Below are positions 1 to 13,354 of a stretch of 64,000 nucleotides of DNA, one piece after another. The notes under the pieces are model-generated. The model did not search any database, had not been told where the DNA came from, and was given only the letters and a program-made list of their open reading frames with translations. The stretch covers positions 43,276,001 to 43,340,000 of the forward strand of contig OZ024756.1 of assembly GCA_964016885.1 (NCBI GenBank), given 5' to 3'. Source of the DNA: Eledone cirrhosa (lineage: Eukaryota). Position 1 is the first letter of the stretch, and each line of letters opens with the position of its first letter. A program made the position numbers and the translations under genes.

Positions 1-2330
1 CACACACTAGAGACAGACATTGGACACACACTAGAGAGAGACATTGCACACACACAAGAGCACAGACATTGGACACCCACTGGAGACAGACATTGGACAC
101 ACACTAGAGACAGACATTGGACACACACTAGAGAAAGACATTGGACACACACTAGAGACAGACATTGGACACACATTAGAGACAGACATTGGACACACAC
201 ACTAGAGACAGAGATTGGACACCCACTAGAGACAGACATTGGAGACACACACTAGAGACAGTCATTGGACACACACTAGAGATAGATATTGTATACATTA
301 GAGACAGACATTGGACAAACACTAGAGACAAACATTGGACACACTAGAGACAGTCATTGGACACACACTAGAGACAGACATTGGACACACACTAGAGACA
401 GACATTGGAAACACACTAGAGACAGACATTGGACACACACTAGAGACAGGCATTGGACACACACTAGAGACAGACATTAGACACACACTAGAGACAGACA
501 TTGGACACACACACTAGAGACAGACATTGGACACACACTAGAGACAGACATTAGACATACACACTAGAAACAGACATTGGACACTCACTAGAGACAGACA
601 TTAGACACACACTAGAGACAGACATTAGACACACACACTAGAGACAGACATTGGACACACACTAGAGACAGACATTAGACATACACACTAGAAACAGACA
701 TTGGACACACACTAGAGACAGACATTGGACACACACTAGAGACAGACATTAGACACACGCTAGAGACAGACGTGGGACACACACACTAGAGACAGACAAT
801 GTACACACACTAGAGACAGACATTGTACACATACTAGAGACAGACATTGGACACACACACTAGAGACAGACGTTTAGAGACACATTAGAGACAGATATTA
901 GACACACGCTAGAGACAGACATTGGACACACACACTAGAGACAGACATTGGACACACACTAGAGACTGACATTGGACACACACACTAGAGAGACATTGGA
1001 GACACACTAGAGACAGGCATTGGACACACACTAGAGATAGACATTGGACACACACTAGAGACACACATTGGACACACACTATAGACAGACATTGGACACA
1101 CATTTTAGACAGACATTAGACACGCACTAGAGACACATTGGACACACACTAGAGACAGACATTGGACACACACTAGAGAGAGACATTAGACACACAGTAG
1201 AGACAGACATTGGACAGACACTAGAGACAGACATTGGACATACACTAAAGACAGACATTAGACACACACTAGAGACATAAATTGGACACACACACTAGAG
1301 ACAGACATTGGACACACACTAGAGACAGACATTGGACACATATTAGAGACTGACATTGGACACACACTAGAGACAGACATTGGACACACACTAGAGACAG
1401 ACATTGGACACACACTAGAGACAGACATTGGACACACATTCGAGACAGATATTGGACACACATTAGAGACAGACATTGGACACACACTAGAGAGAGAAAT
1501 TGGACACACACTAGAGAGAGACATTGCACACACACAAGAGCACAGACATTGGACACACACTAGAGACAGACATTGGACACACACTAGAGACAGACATTGG
1601 ACACACACTAGAGACAGACATTGGACACACACTAGAGACAGACATTGGAGACACACACTAGATACAGACATTGGACACACACTAGAGACAGACATTGGAC
1701 ACACACCAGATACAGACATTGGACACACACTAGAGATAGACATTGGACACACACTAGAGACAGACATTGGACACATACTAAATACAGACATTGGACACAC
1801 ACTAGAGACAGACATTGGACACACACACTAGACAGACATTGGACACACACTAGAGACAGACATTGGAAACACACTAGAGACAGACATTGGATACACACAC
1901 TAGAGACAGACATTGGACACACACTAGAGACAGACATTGGAGACACACACTAGATACAGACATTGGACACACACTAGAGACAGACATTGGACACACACTA
2001 GATACAGACATTGGACACACACTAGAGATAGACATTGGACACACACTAGAGACAGATATTGGACACACACTAGAGACAGACATTGGACACACACACTAGA
2101 GACAGACATTGGACACACACTAGAGACAGACATTGGAGACACACACTAGATACAGACATTGGACACACACTAGAGACAGACATTGGACACACACTAGATA
2201 CAGACATTGGACACATACTAGAGATAGACATTGGACACACACTAGAGACAGACATTGGATACACACACTAGAGACAGACATTGGACACACACTAGAGACA
2301 GACATTGGACACACACTAGATACAGACATT
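1..2330. repeat. Copy 1 of an older ~5.7 kb-offset block duplication within the array (partner ~5783-8040)
   Basis: Rare variants recur in the same order: CGTGGGAC at 771/6411 and CGTTTAGAGA at 871/6511 (offset 5640), TTCGAGAC at 1439/7103 (offset 5664). ORF pairs 909/6573 (5664) and 1632/7344, 2070/7782 (5712) agree. Confidence 0.9.
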
Positions 2331-4920
2331 GGACACACACTAGAGACAGACATTGGACACACACTAGAGACAGACATTGGACACACACTAGATACAGACA
2401 TTGGACACACACTAGAGACAGACATTGGACACACACTAGATACAGACATTGGACACACACTAGAGATAGACGTTGGACACACACTAGAGACAGACATTGG
2501 AGACACACTAGAGAAAGACATTGGACACACACTGGAGACAGACATTGGACACGCACTAGAGACAGACATTGGACACACACTAGAGACAGACATTGGACAC
2601 ACACTAGAGAGAGAAATTGGACACACACTAGAAAGAGACATTGCACACACACTAGAGTCAGACATTGGATACACACTAGAGACAGACATTGGACACACAC
2701 TAGAGACAGACATTGGAGGCACACACTAGATACAGACATTGGACACACACTAGAGACAGACATTGGACACACACTAGAGACAGACATTGGACACACACTA
2801 GAGACAGACATTGGACACACACTAGAGACAGACATTGGAGACACACACTAGATACAGACATTGGACACACACTAGAGACAGACATTGGACACACACTAGA
2901 TACAGACATTGGACACACACTAGAGATAGACATTGGACACACACTAGAGACAGACATTGGACACATACTAAATACAGACATTGGACACACACTAGAGACA
3001 GACATTGGACACACACACTAGACAGATATTGGACACACACTAGAGACAGACGTTGGAAACACACTAGAGACAGACATTGGATACACACACTAGAGACAGA
3101 CATTGGACACACACTAGAGACAGACATTGGAGACACACACTAGATACAGACATTGGACACACAATAGAGACAGACATTGGACACACACTAGAGACAGACA
3201 TTGGACACACAGACTAGAGACAGACATTGGACACACACTAGAGACAGACATTGGACACACACTAGATACAGACATTGGACACACACTAGAGATAGACATT
3301 GGACACACACTAGAGACAGACATTGGATACACACACTAAAGACAGACATTGGACACACTAGAGACAGACATTGGAGACACACACTAGATACAGACATTGG
3401 ACACACACTAGAGACAGACATTGGACACACACTAGAGACAGGCATTGGACACACAGACTAGAGACAGACATTGGACACACACTAGAGACAGACATTGGAC
3501 ACACACTAGATACAGACATTGGACACACACTAGAGATAGACATTGGACACACACTAGAGACAGATATTGGACACACACTAGAGACAGACATTGGACACAC
3601 ACACTAGAGACAGACATTGGACACACACTAGAGACAGACATTGGAGACACACACTAGATACAGACATTGGACACACACTAGAGACAGACATTGGACACAC
3701 ACTAGATACAGACATTGGACACATACTAGAGATAGACATTGGACACACACTAGAGACAGACATTGGATACACACACTAGAGACAGACATTGGACACACAC
3801 TAGAGACAGACATTGGACACACACTAGATACAGACATTGGACACACACTAGAGACAGACATTGGACACACACTAGAGACAGACATTGGACACACACTAGA
3901 TACAGACATTGGACACACACTAGAGACAGACATTGGACACACACTAGATACAGACATTGGACACACACTAGAGATAGACGTTGGACACACACTAGAGACA
4001 GACATTGGAGACACACTAGAGAAAGACATTGGACACACACTGGAGACAGACATTGGACACGCACTAGAGACAGACATTGGACACACACTAGAGACAGACA
4101 TTGGACACACACTAGAGAGAGAAATTGGACACACACTAGAGAGAGACATTGCACACACACTAGAGTCAGACATTGGATACACACTAGAGACAGACATTGG
4201 ACACACACTAGAGACAGACATTGGAGACACACACTAGATACAGACATTGGACACACACTAGAGACAGACATTGGACACACACTAGAGACAGACATTGGAC
4301 ACACACTAGAGACAGACATTGGACACACACTAGAGACAGACATTGGAGACACACACTAGATACAGACATTGGACACACACTAGAGACAGACATTGGACAC
4401 ACACTAGATACAGACATTGGACACACACTAGAGATAGACATTGGACACACACTAGAGACAGACATTGGACACATACTAAATACAGACATTGGACACACAC
4501 TAGAGACAGACATTGGACACACACACTAGACAGATATTGGACACACACTAGAGACAGACGTTGGAAACACACTAGAGACAGACATTGGATACACACACTA
4601 GAGACAGACATTGGACACACACTAGAGACAGACATTGGAGACACACACTAGATACAGACATTGGACACACAATAGAGACAGACATTGGACACACACTAGA
4701 GACAGACATTGGACACACAGACTAGAGACAGACATTGGACACACACTAGAGACAGACATTGGACACACACTAGATACAGACATTGGACACACACTAGAGA
4801 TAGACATTGGACACAAACTAGAGACAGACATTGGATACACACACTAAAGACAGACATTGGACACACTAGAGACAGACATTGGAGACACACACTAGATACA
4901 GACATTGGACACACACTAGA
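1960..4920. repeat. Tandem block duplication, 1508-bp unit x ~2
   Basis: ORF pairs 2070/3578, 2120/3628, 2700/4208 and 3114/4622 are all offset by 1508. Shared rare variants include ACAATAGAGA and CTAAAGACAG. A few substitutions distinguish the copies (e.g. GAAAGAGACA at 2631, GGAGGC at 2715, ACACAAACTA at 4811). Confidence 0.92.
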
Positions 4921-5782
4921 GACAGGCATTGGACACACAGACTAGAGACAGACATTGGACACACACTAGAGACAGACATTGGACACACACTAGATACAGA
5001 CATTGGACACACACTAGAGATAGACATTGGACACACACTAGAGACAGACATTGGATACACACACTAAAGACAGACATTGGACACACTAGAGACAGACATT
5101 GGAGACACGCACTAGATACAGACATTGGACACACACTAGAGACAGACATTGGACACACACTAGATACAGACATTGGACACGCACTAGAGATAGACATTGG
5201 ACACACACTAAAGACAGACATTGGACACACACTAGATACAGACATTGGACACACACTAGAGACAGACATTGGACACACACACTGGACAGACATTGGACAC
5301 ACACTAGAGACAGATATTGGAAACACACTAGAGACAGACTTGGACACACACAATAGAGACAGGCATTGGACACACACTAGAGACAGACATTGGACACACA
5401 CTAGAGACAGACATTGGACACACACTAGAGACAGACATTGGACACACACACTAGATACAGACATTGGACACACACTAGAGATAGACATTGGACACACACT
5501 AGAGACGGACATTGGACACACACTAGAGATAGACATTGGACACACACTAGAGACAGACATTGGACACACACTAGAGACAGACATTGGAGACACACACTAG
5601 ACACAGACATTGGACACACACTAGAGACAGACATTGGACACACACTAGATACAGACATTGGACACACATTAGAGATAGACATTGGACACACACAAGAGAC
5701 AGACATTGGACACACACTAGAGACAGACATTGGACACACACTAGAGACAGACATTGGACACACACTAGAGACAGACATTGGA

Positions 5783-8040
5783 CACGCACTAGAGAGAGAA
5801 ATTGGACACACACTAGAGAGAGACATTGCACACACACAAGAGCACATACATTGGACACCCACTAGAGACAGACATTGGACACACACTAGAGACAGACATT
5901 GGACACACACTAGAGACAGACATTGGACACACACTAGAGACAGACATTGGACACACACTAGAGACAGACATTGGACACACACACTAGAGACAGACATTGG
6001 ACACCCACTAGAGACAGACATTGGAGACACACACTAGAGACAGTCATTGGACACACACTAGAGATAGATATTGTATACACTAGAGACAGGCATTGGACAC
6101 ACACTAGAGACAGACATTAGACACACACTAGAGACAGACATTAGACACACACACTAGAGACAGACATTGGACACACACTAGAGACAGACATTAGACATAC
6201 ACACTAGAAAAAGACATTGGACACTCACTAGAGACAGACATTAGACACACACTAGAGACAGACATTAGACACACACACTAGAGACAGACATTGGACACAC
6301 ACTAGAGACAGACATTAGACATACACACTAGAAACAGACATTGGACACACACTAGAGACAGACATTGGACACACACTAGAGACAGACATTAGACACACGC
6401 TAGAGACAGACGTGGGACACACACACTAGAGACAGACAATGTACACACACTAGAGACAGACATTGTACACACACTAGAGACAGACATTGGACACACACAC
6501 TAGAGACAGACGTTTAGAGACACATTAGAGACAGATATTAGACACACGCTAGAGACAGACATTTGACACACACTAGAGACAGACATTGGACACACACACT
6601 AGAGACAGACATTGGACACACACTAGAGACTGACATTGGACACACACACTAGAGAGACATTGGAGACACACTAGAGACAGGCATTGGACACACACTAGAG
6701 ATAGACATTGGACACACACTAGAGACACACATTGGACACACACTATAGATAGACATTGGACACACATTTTAGACAGACATTAGACACGCACTAGAGACAC
6801 ATTGGACACACACTAGAGACAGACATTGGACACACACTAGAGAGAGACATTAGACACACAGTAGAGACAGACATTGGACAGACACTAGAGACAGACATTG
6901 GACATACACTAAAGACAGACATTAGACACACACTAGAGACATAAATTGGACACACACACTAGAGACAGACATTGGACACACACTAGAGACAGACATTGGA
7001 CACACATTAGAGACTGACATTGGACACACACTAGAGACAGACATTGGACACACACTAGAGACAGACATTGGACACACACTAGAGACAGACATTGGACACA
7101 CATTCGAGACAGATATTGGACACACATTAGAGACAGACATTGGACACACACTAGAGAGAGACATTGCACACACACAAGAGCACAGACATTGGACACACAC
7201 TAGAGGCAGACATTGGACACATACTAAATACAGACATTGGACACACACTAGAGACAGACATTGGACACACACACTAGACAGACATTGGACACACACTAGA
7301 GACAGACATTGGACACACACTAGAGACAGACATTGGACACACACTAGAGACAGACATTGGAGACACACACTAGATACAGACATTGGACACACACTAGAGA
7401 CAGACATTGGACACACACTAGATACACACATTGGACACACACTAGAGATAGACATTGGACACACACTAGAGACAGACATTGGACACATACTAAATACAGA
7501 CATTGGACACACACTAGAGACAGACATTGGACACACCAACTAGACAGACATTGGACACACACTAGAGACAGACATTGGAAACACACTAGAGACAGACATT
7601 GGATACACACACTAGAGACAGACATTGGACACACACTAGAGACAGACATTGGAGACACACACTAGATACAGACATTGGACACACACTAGAGACAGACATT
7701 GGACAGACACTAGATACAGACATTGGACACACACTAGAGATAGACATTGGACACACACTAGAGACAGACATTGGACACACACTAGAGACAGACATTGGAC
7801 ACAAACACTAGAGACAGACATTGGACACACACTAGAGACAGACATTGGAGACACACACTAGATACAGACATTGGACACACACTAGAGACAGACATTGGAC
7901 ACACACTAGATACAGACATTGGACACATACTAGAGATAGACATTGGACACACACTAGAGACAGACATTGGATACACACACTAGAGACAGACATTGGACAC
8001 ACACTAGAGACAGACATTGGACACACACTAGATACAGACA
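5783..8040. repeat. Copy 2 of the ~5.7 kb-offset block duplication (partner 1-2330)
   Basis: Same ordered rare variants as 1-2330. The offset steps 5782 -> 5640 -> 5664 -> 5712, consistent with gain or loss of whole monomers. Confidence 0.9.
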
Positions 8041-11000
8041 TTGGACACACACTAGAGATAGACATTGGACACACACTAGAAACAGACATTGGACACACAC
8101 TAGATACAGACATTAGACACACACTAGAGACAGACATTGGACACACACACTAGACAGACATTGGACACACACTAGAGACAGACATTGGAGACACACTAGA
8201 GACAGACATTGGACACACACTAGAGACAGACATTGGAGACACACACTAGATACAGACATTGGACACACACTAGAGACAGACATTGGACACACACACTAGA
8301 TACAGACATTGGACACACACTAGAGATAGACATTGGACACACACTAGAGACAGACATTGCACAACACTAGAGTCAGACATTGGATACACACTAGAGACAG
8401 ACATTGGACATACACTAGAGACAGACATTGGATACACACACTAGATACAGACATTGGACACACACTAGAGACAGACATTGGATACACACTAGATACAGAC
8501 ATTGGACACACACTAGAGACAGACATTGGACACACACTAGAGACAGACATTGGACACACACTAGAGACAGACATTGGATACACACTAGATACAGACATTG
8601 GACACACACTAGAGACAGACATTGGACACACACTAGATACAGACATTGGACACACACTAGAGATAGACGTTGGACACACACTAGTGACAGACATTGGACA
8701 CACACTGGAGAAAGACATTGGACACACACTGGAGACAGACATTGGACACGCACTAGAGACAGACATTGGACACACACTAGAGACAGACATTGGACACACA
8801 CTAGATACAGACATTGCACACACACTAGAGTCAGACATTGGATACACGCTAGAGACAGACATTGGACACACACTAGAGACAAACATTGGAGACACACACT
8901 AGATACGGACATTGGACACACACTAGAGACAGACATTGGACACACACTAGAGACAGACATTGGACACACACTAGAGACAGACATTGGACACACACTAGAT
9001 ACAGACATTGGACACACACAAGAGATAGACATTGGACACACACTAGAGACAGACATTGGACACATACTAAATACAGACATTGGACACACACTAGAGACAG
9101 ACATTGGACACACACACTAGACAGACATTGGACACACACTAGAGTCAGACGTTGGAAACACACTAGAGACAGACATTGGATACACACACTAGAGACAGAC
9201 ATTGGACACACACTAGAGACAGACATTGGAGACACACACTGGATACAGACATTGGACACTCACTAGAGACAGACATTGGACACACACTAGATACAGACAT
9301 TGGACACACACTAGAGATTGACATTGGACACACACTAGAGACAGACATTGGACACACACTAGAGACAGACATTGGACACACACACTAGAGACAGACATTG
9401 GACACAAACTAGAGACAGACATTGGAGACACACACTAGATACAGACATTGGACAGACACTAGAGACAGACATTGGACACACACTAGATACAGACATTGGA
9501 CACATACTAGAGATAGACATTGGACACACACTAGAGACAGACATTGGATACACACACTAGAGACAGACATTGGACACACACTAGAGACAGACATTGGACA
9601 CACACTAGATACAGACATTGGACACACACTAGAGATAGACATTGGACACACACTAGAGACAGACATTGGACACACACTAGAGACAGACATTGGAGACACA
9701 CTAGAGACAGACATTGGACACACACTAGAGACAGACATTGGAGACACACACTAGATACAGACATTGGACACACACTAGAGACAGACATTGGACACACACA
9801 CTAGATACAGACATTGGACACACACTAGAGATAGACATTGCACACACACTAGAGTCAGACATTGGATACACACTAGAGACAGACATTGGACACACACTAG
9901 AGACAGACATTGGATACACACTAGATACAGACATTGGACACACACTAGAGACAGACATTGGACACACACTAGATACAGACATTGGACACACACTAGAGAC
10001 AGACATTGGACACACACTAGATACAGACATTGGACACACACTAGAGATAGACGTTGGACACACACTAGTGACAGACATTGGACACACACTGGAGAAAGAC
10101 ATTGGACACACACTGGAGACAGACATTGGACACGCACTAGAGACAGACATTGGACACACACTAGAGACAGACATTGGACACACACTAGAGAGAGAAATTG
10201 GACACACACTAGAGAGAGACATTGCACACACACTAGAGACAGACATTGGATACACACTAGAGACAGACATTGGACACACACTAGAGACAGACATTGGAGA
10301 CACACACTAGATACGGACATTGGACACACACTAGAGACAGACATTGGACACACACTAGAGACAGACATTGGACACACACTAGAGACAGACATTGGACACA
10401 CACTAGAGACAGACATTGGAGACACACACTAGATACAGACATTGGACACACACTAGAGACAGACATTGGACACACACTAGATACAGACATTGGACACACA
10501 CAAGAGATAGACATTGGACACACACTAGAGACAGACATTGGACACACACACTAGACAGACATTGGACACACACTAGAGACAGACGTTGGAAACACACTAG
10601 AGACAGACATTGGATACACACACTAGAGACAGACATTGGACACACACTAGAGACAGACATTGGAGACACACACTAGATACAGACATTGGACACACACTAG
10701 AGACAGACATTGGACACACACACTAGATACAGACATTGGACACACACTAGAGATAGACATTGGACACACACTAGAGACAGACATTGCACACGCACTAGAG
10801 TCAGACATTGGATACACACTAGAGACAGACATTGGACACACACTAGAGACAGACATTGGAGACACACACTAGATACAGACATTGGACACACACTAGAGAC
10901 AGACATTGGATACACACTAGATACAGACATTGGACACACACTAGAGACAGACATTGGACACACACTAGAGACAGACATTGGACACACACTAGAGACAGAC

Positions 11001-13354
11001 ATTGGACACACACTAGATATAGACATTGGACACACACTAGAGACAGACATTGGACACACACTAGATACAGACATTGGACACACACTAGAGATAGACGTTG
11101 GACACACACTAATGACAGACATTGGACACACACTGGAGAAAGACATTGGACACACACTGGAGACAGACATTGGACACGCACTAGAGACAGACATTGGACA
11201 CACACTAGAGACAGACATTGGACACACACTAGAGAGAGAAATTGGACACACACTAGAGAGAGACATTGCACACACACTAGAGTCAGACATTGGATACACA
11301 CTAGAGACAGACATTGGTCACACACTAGAGACAGACACTGGAGACACACACTAGATACGGACATTGGACACACACTAGAGACAGACATTGGACACACACT
11401 AGAGACAGACATTGGACACACACTAGATACAGACATTGGACACACACTAGAGACAGACATTGGAGACACACACTAGATACAGACATTGGACACACACTAG
11501 AGACAGACATTGGACACACACTAGATACAGACATTGGACACACACTAGAGACAGACATTGGACACATACTAAATACAGACATTGGACACACACTAGAGAC
11601 AGATATTGGACACACACACTAGACAGACATTGGACACACACGAGAGACAGACGTTGGAAACACACTAGAGACAGACATTGGATACACACACTAGAGATAG
11701 ACATTGGACACACACTAGAGACAGACATTGGACACACACTAGAGACAGACATTGGACACACACTAGATACAGACATTGGACACACACTAGAGATAGACAT
11801 TGGACACACACTAGAGACAGACATTGGACACACACTAGAGACAGACATTGGACACACACACTAGAGACAGACATTGGACACACACTAGAGACAGACATTG
11901 GAGACACACACTAGATACAGACATTGGACACACACTAGAGACAGACATTGGACACACACTAGATACAGACATTGGACACATACTAGAGATAGACATTGGA
12001 CACACACTAGAGACAGACATTTGATACACACACTAGAGACAGACATTGGACACACACTAGAGACAGACATTGGACACACACTAGATACAGTCATTGGACA
12101 CACACTAGAGATAGACATTGGACACACACTAGAGACAGACATTGGACACACACTAGATACAGACATTAGACACACACTAGAGACAGACATTGGACACACA
12201 CACTAGACAGACATTGGACACACACTAGAGACAGACATTGGACACACACTAGAGACAGACATTGGAGACACACTAGAGACAGTAATTGGACACACACTAG
12301 AGACAGACATTGGAGACACACACTAGATACAGACATTGGACACACACTAGAGACAGACATTGGACACACACACTAGATACAGACATTGGACACACACTAG
12401 AGATAGACATTGGACACACACTAGAGACAGACATTGCACACACACTAGAGTCAGACATTGGATACACACTAGAGACAGACATTGGACACACACTAGAGAC
12501 AGACATTGGAGACACACACTAGATACTGACATTGGACACACACTAGAGACAGACATTGGATACACACTAGATACAGACATTGGACACACACTAGAGACAG
12601 ACATTGGACACACACAAGAGACAGACATTGGACACACACTAGAGACAGACATTGGAGACACACACTAGATACAGACATTGGACACACACTAGAGACAGAC
12701 ATTGGGCATATACACTAGATACAGACATTGGACACACACTAGAGATAGACAATGGACACACACTAGAGACAGACATTGGACACACACTAGAGTCAGACAT
12801 TGGATACACACTAGAGACAGACATTGGACACACACTAGAGACAGACATTGGAGACACACACTAGATACAGACATTGGACACACACTAGAGACAGACATTG
12901 GATACACACTAGATACAGACATTGGACACACACTAGAGACAGACATTGGACACACACTAGAGACAGACATTGGACACACACTAGAGACAGACATTGGACA
13001 CACACTAGATACAGACATTGGACACACACTAGAGACAAACATTGGACACACACTAGATACAGACATTGGACACACACTAGAGATAGACGTTGGACACACA
13101 CTAGTGACAGACATTGGACACACACTGGAGAAAGACATTGGACACACACTGAAGACAGACATTGGACACGCACTAGAGACAGACATTGGACACACACTAG
13201 AGACAGACATTGGACACACACTAGAGAGAGAAATTGGACACACACTAGAGAGAGACATTGCACACACACTAGAGTCAGACATTGGATACACACTAGAGAC
13301 AGACATTGGACACACACTAGAGACAGACATTGGAGACACACACTAGATACGGAC

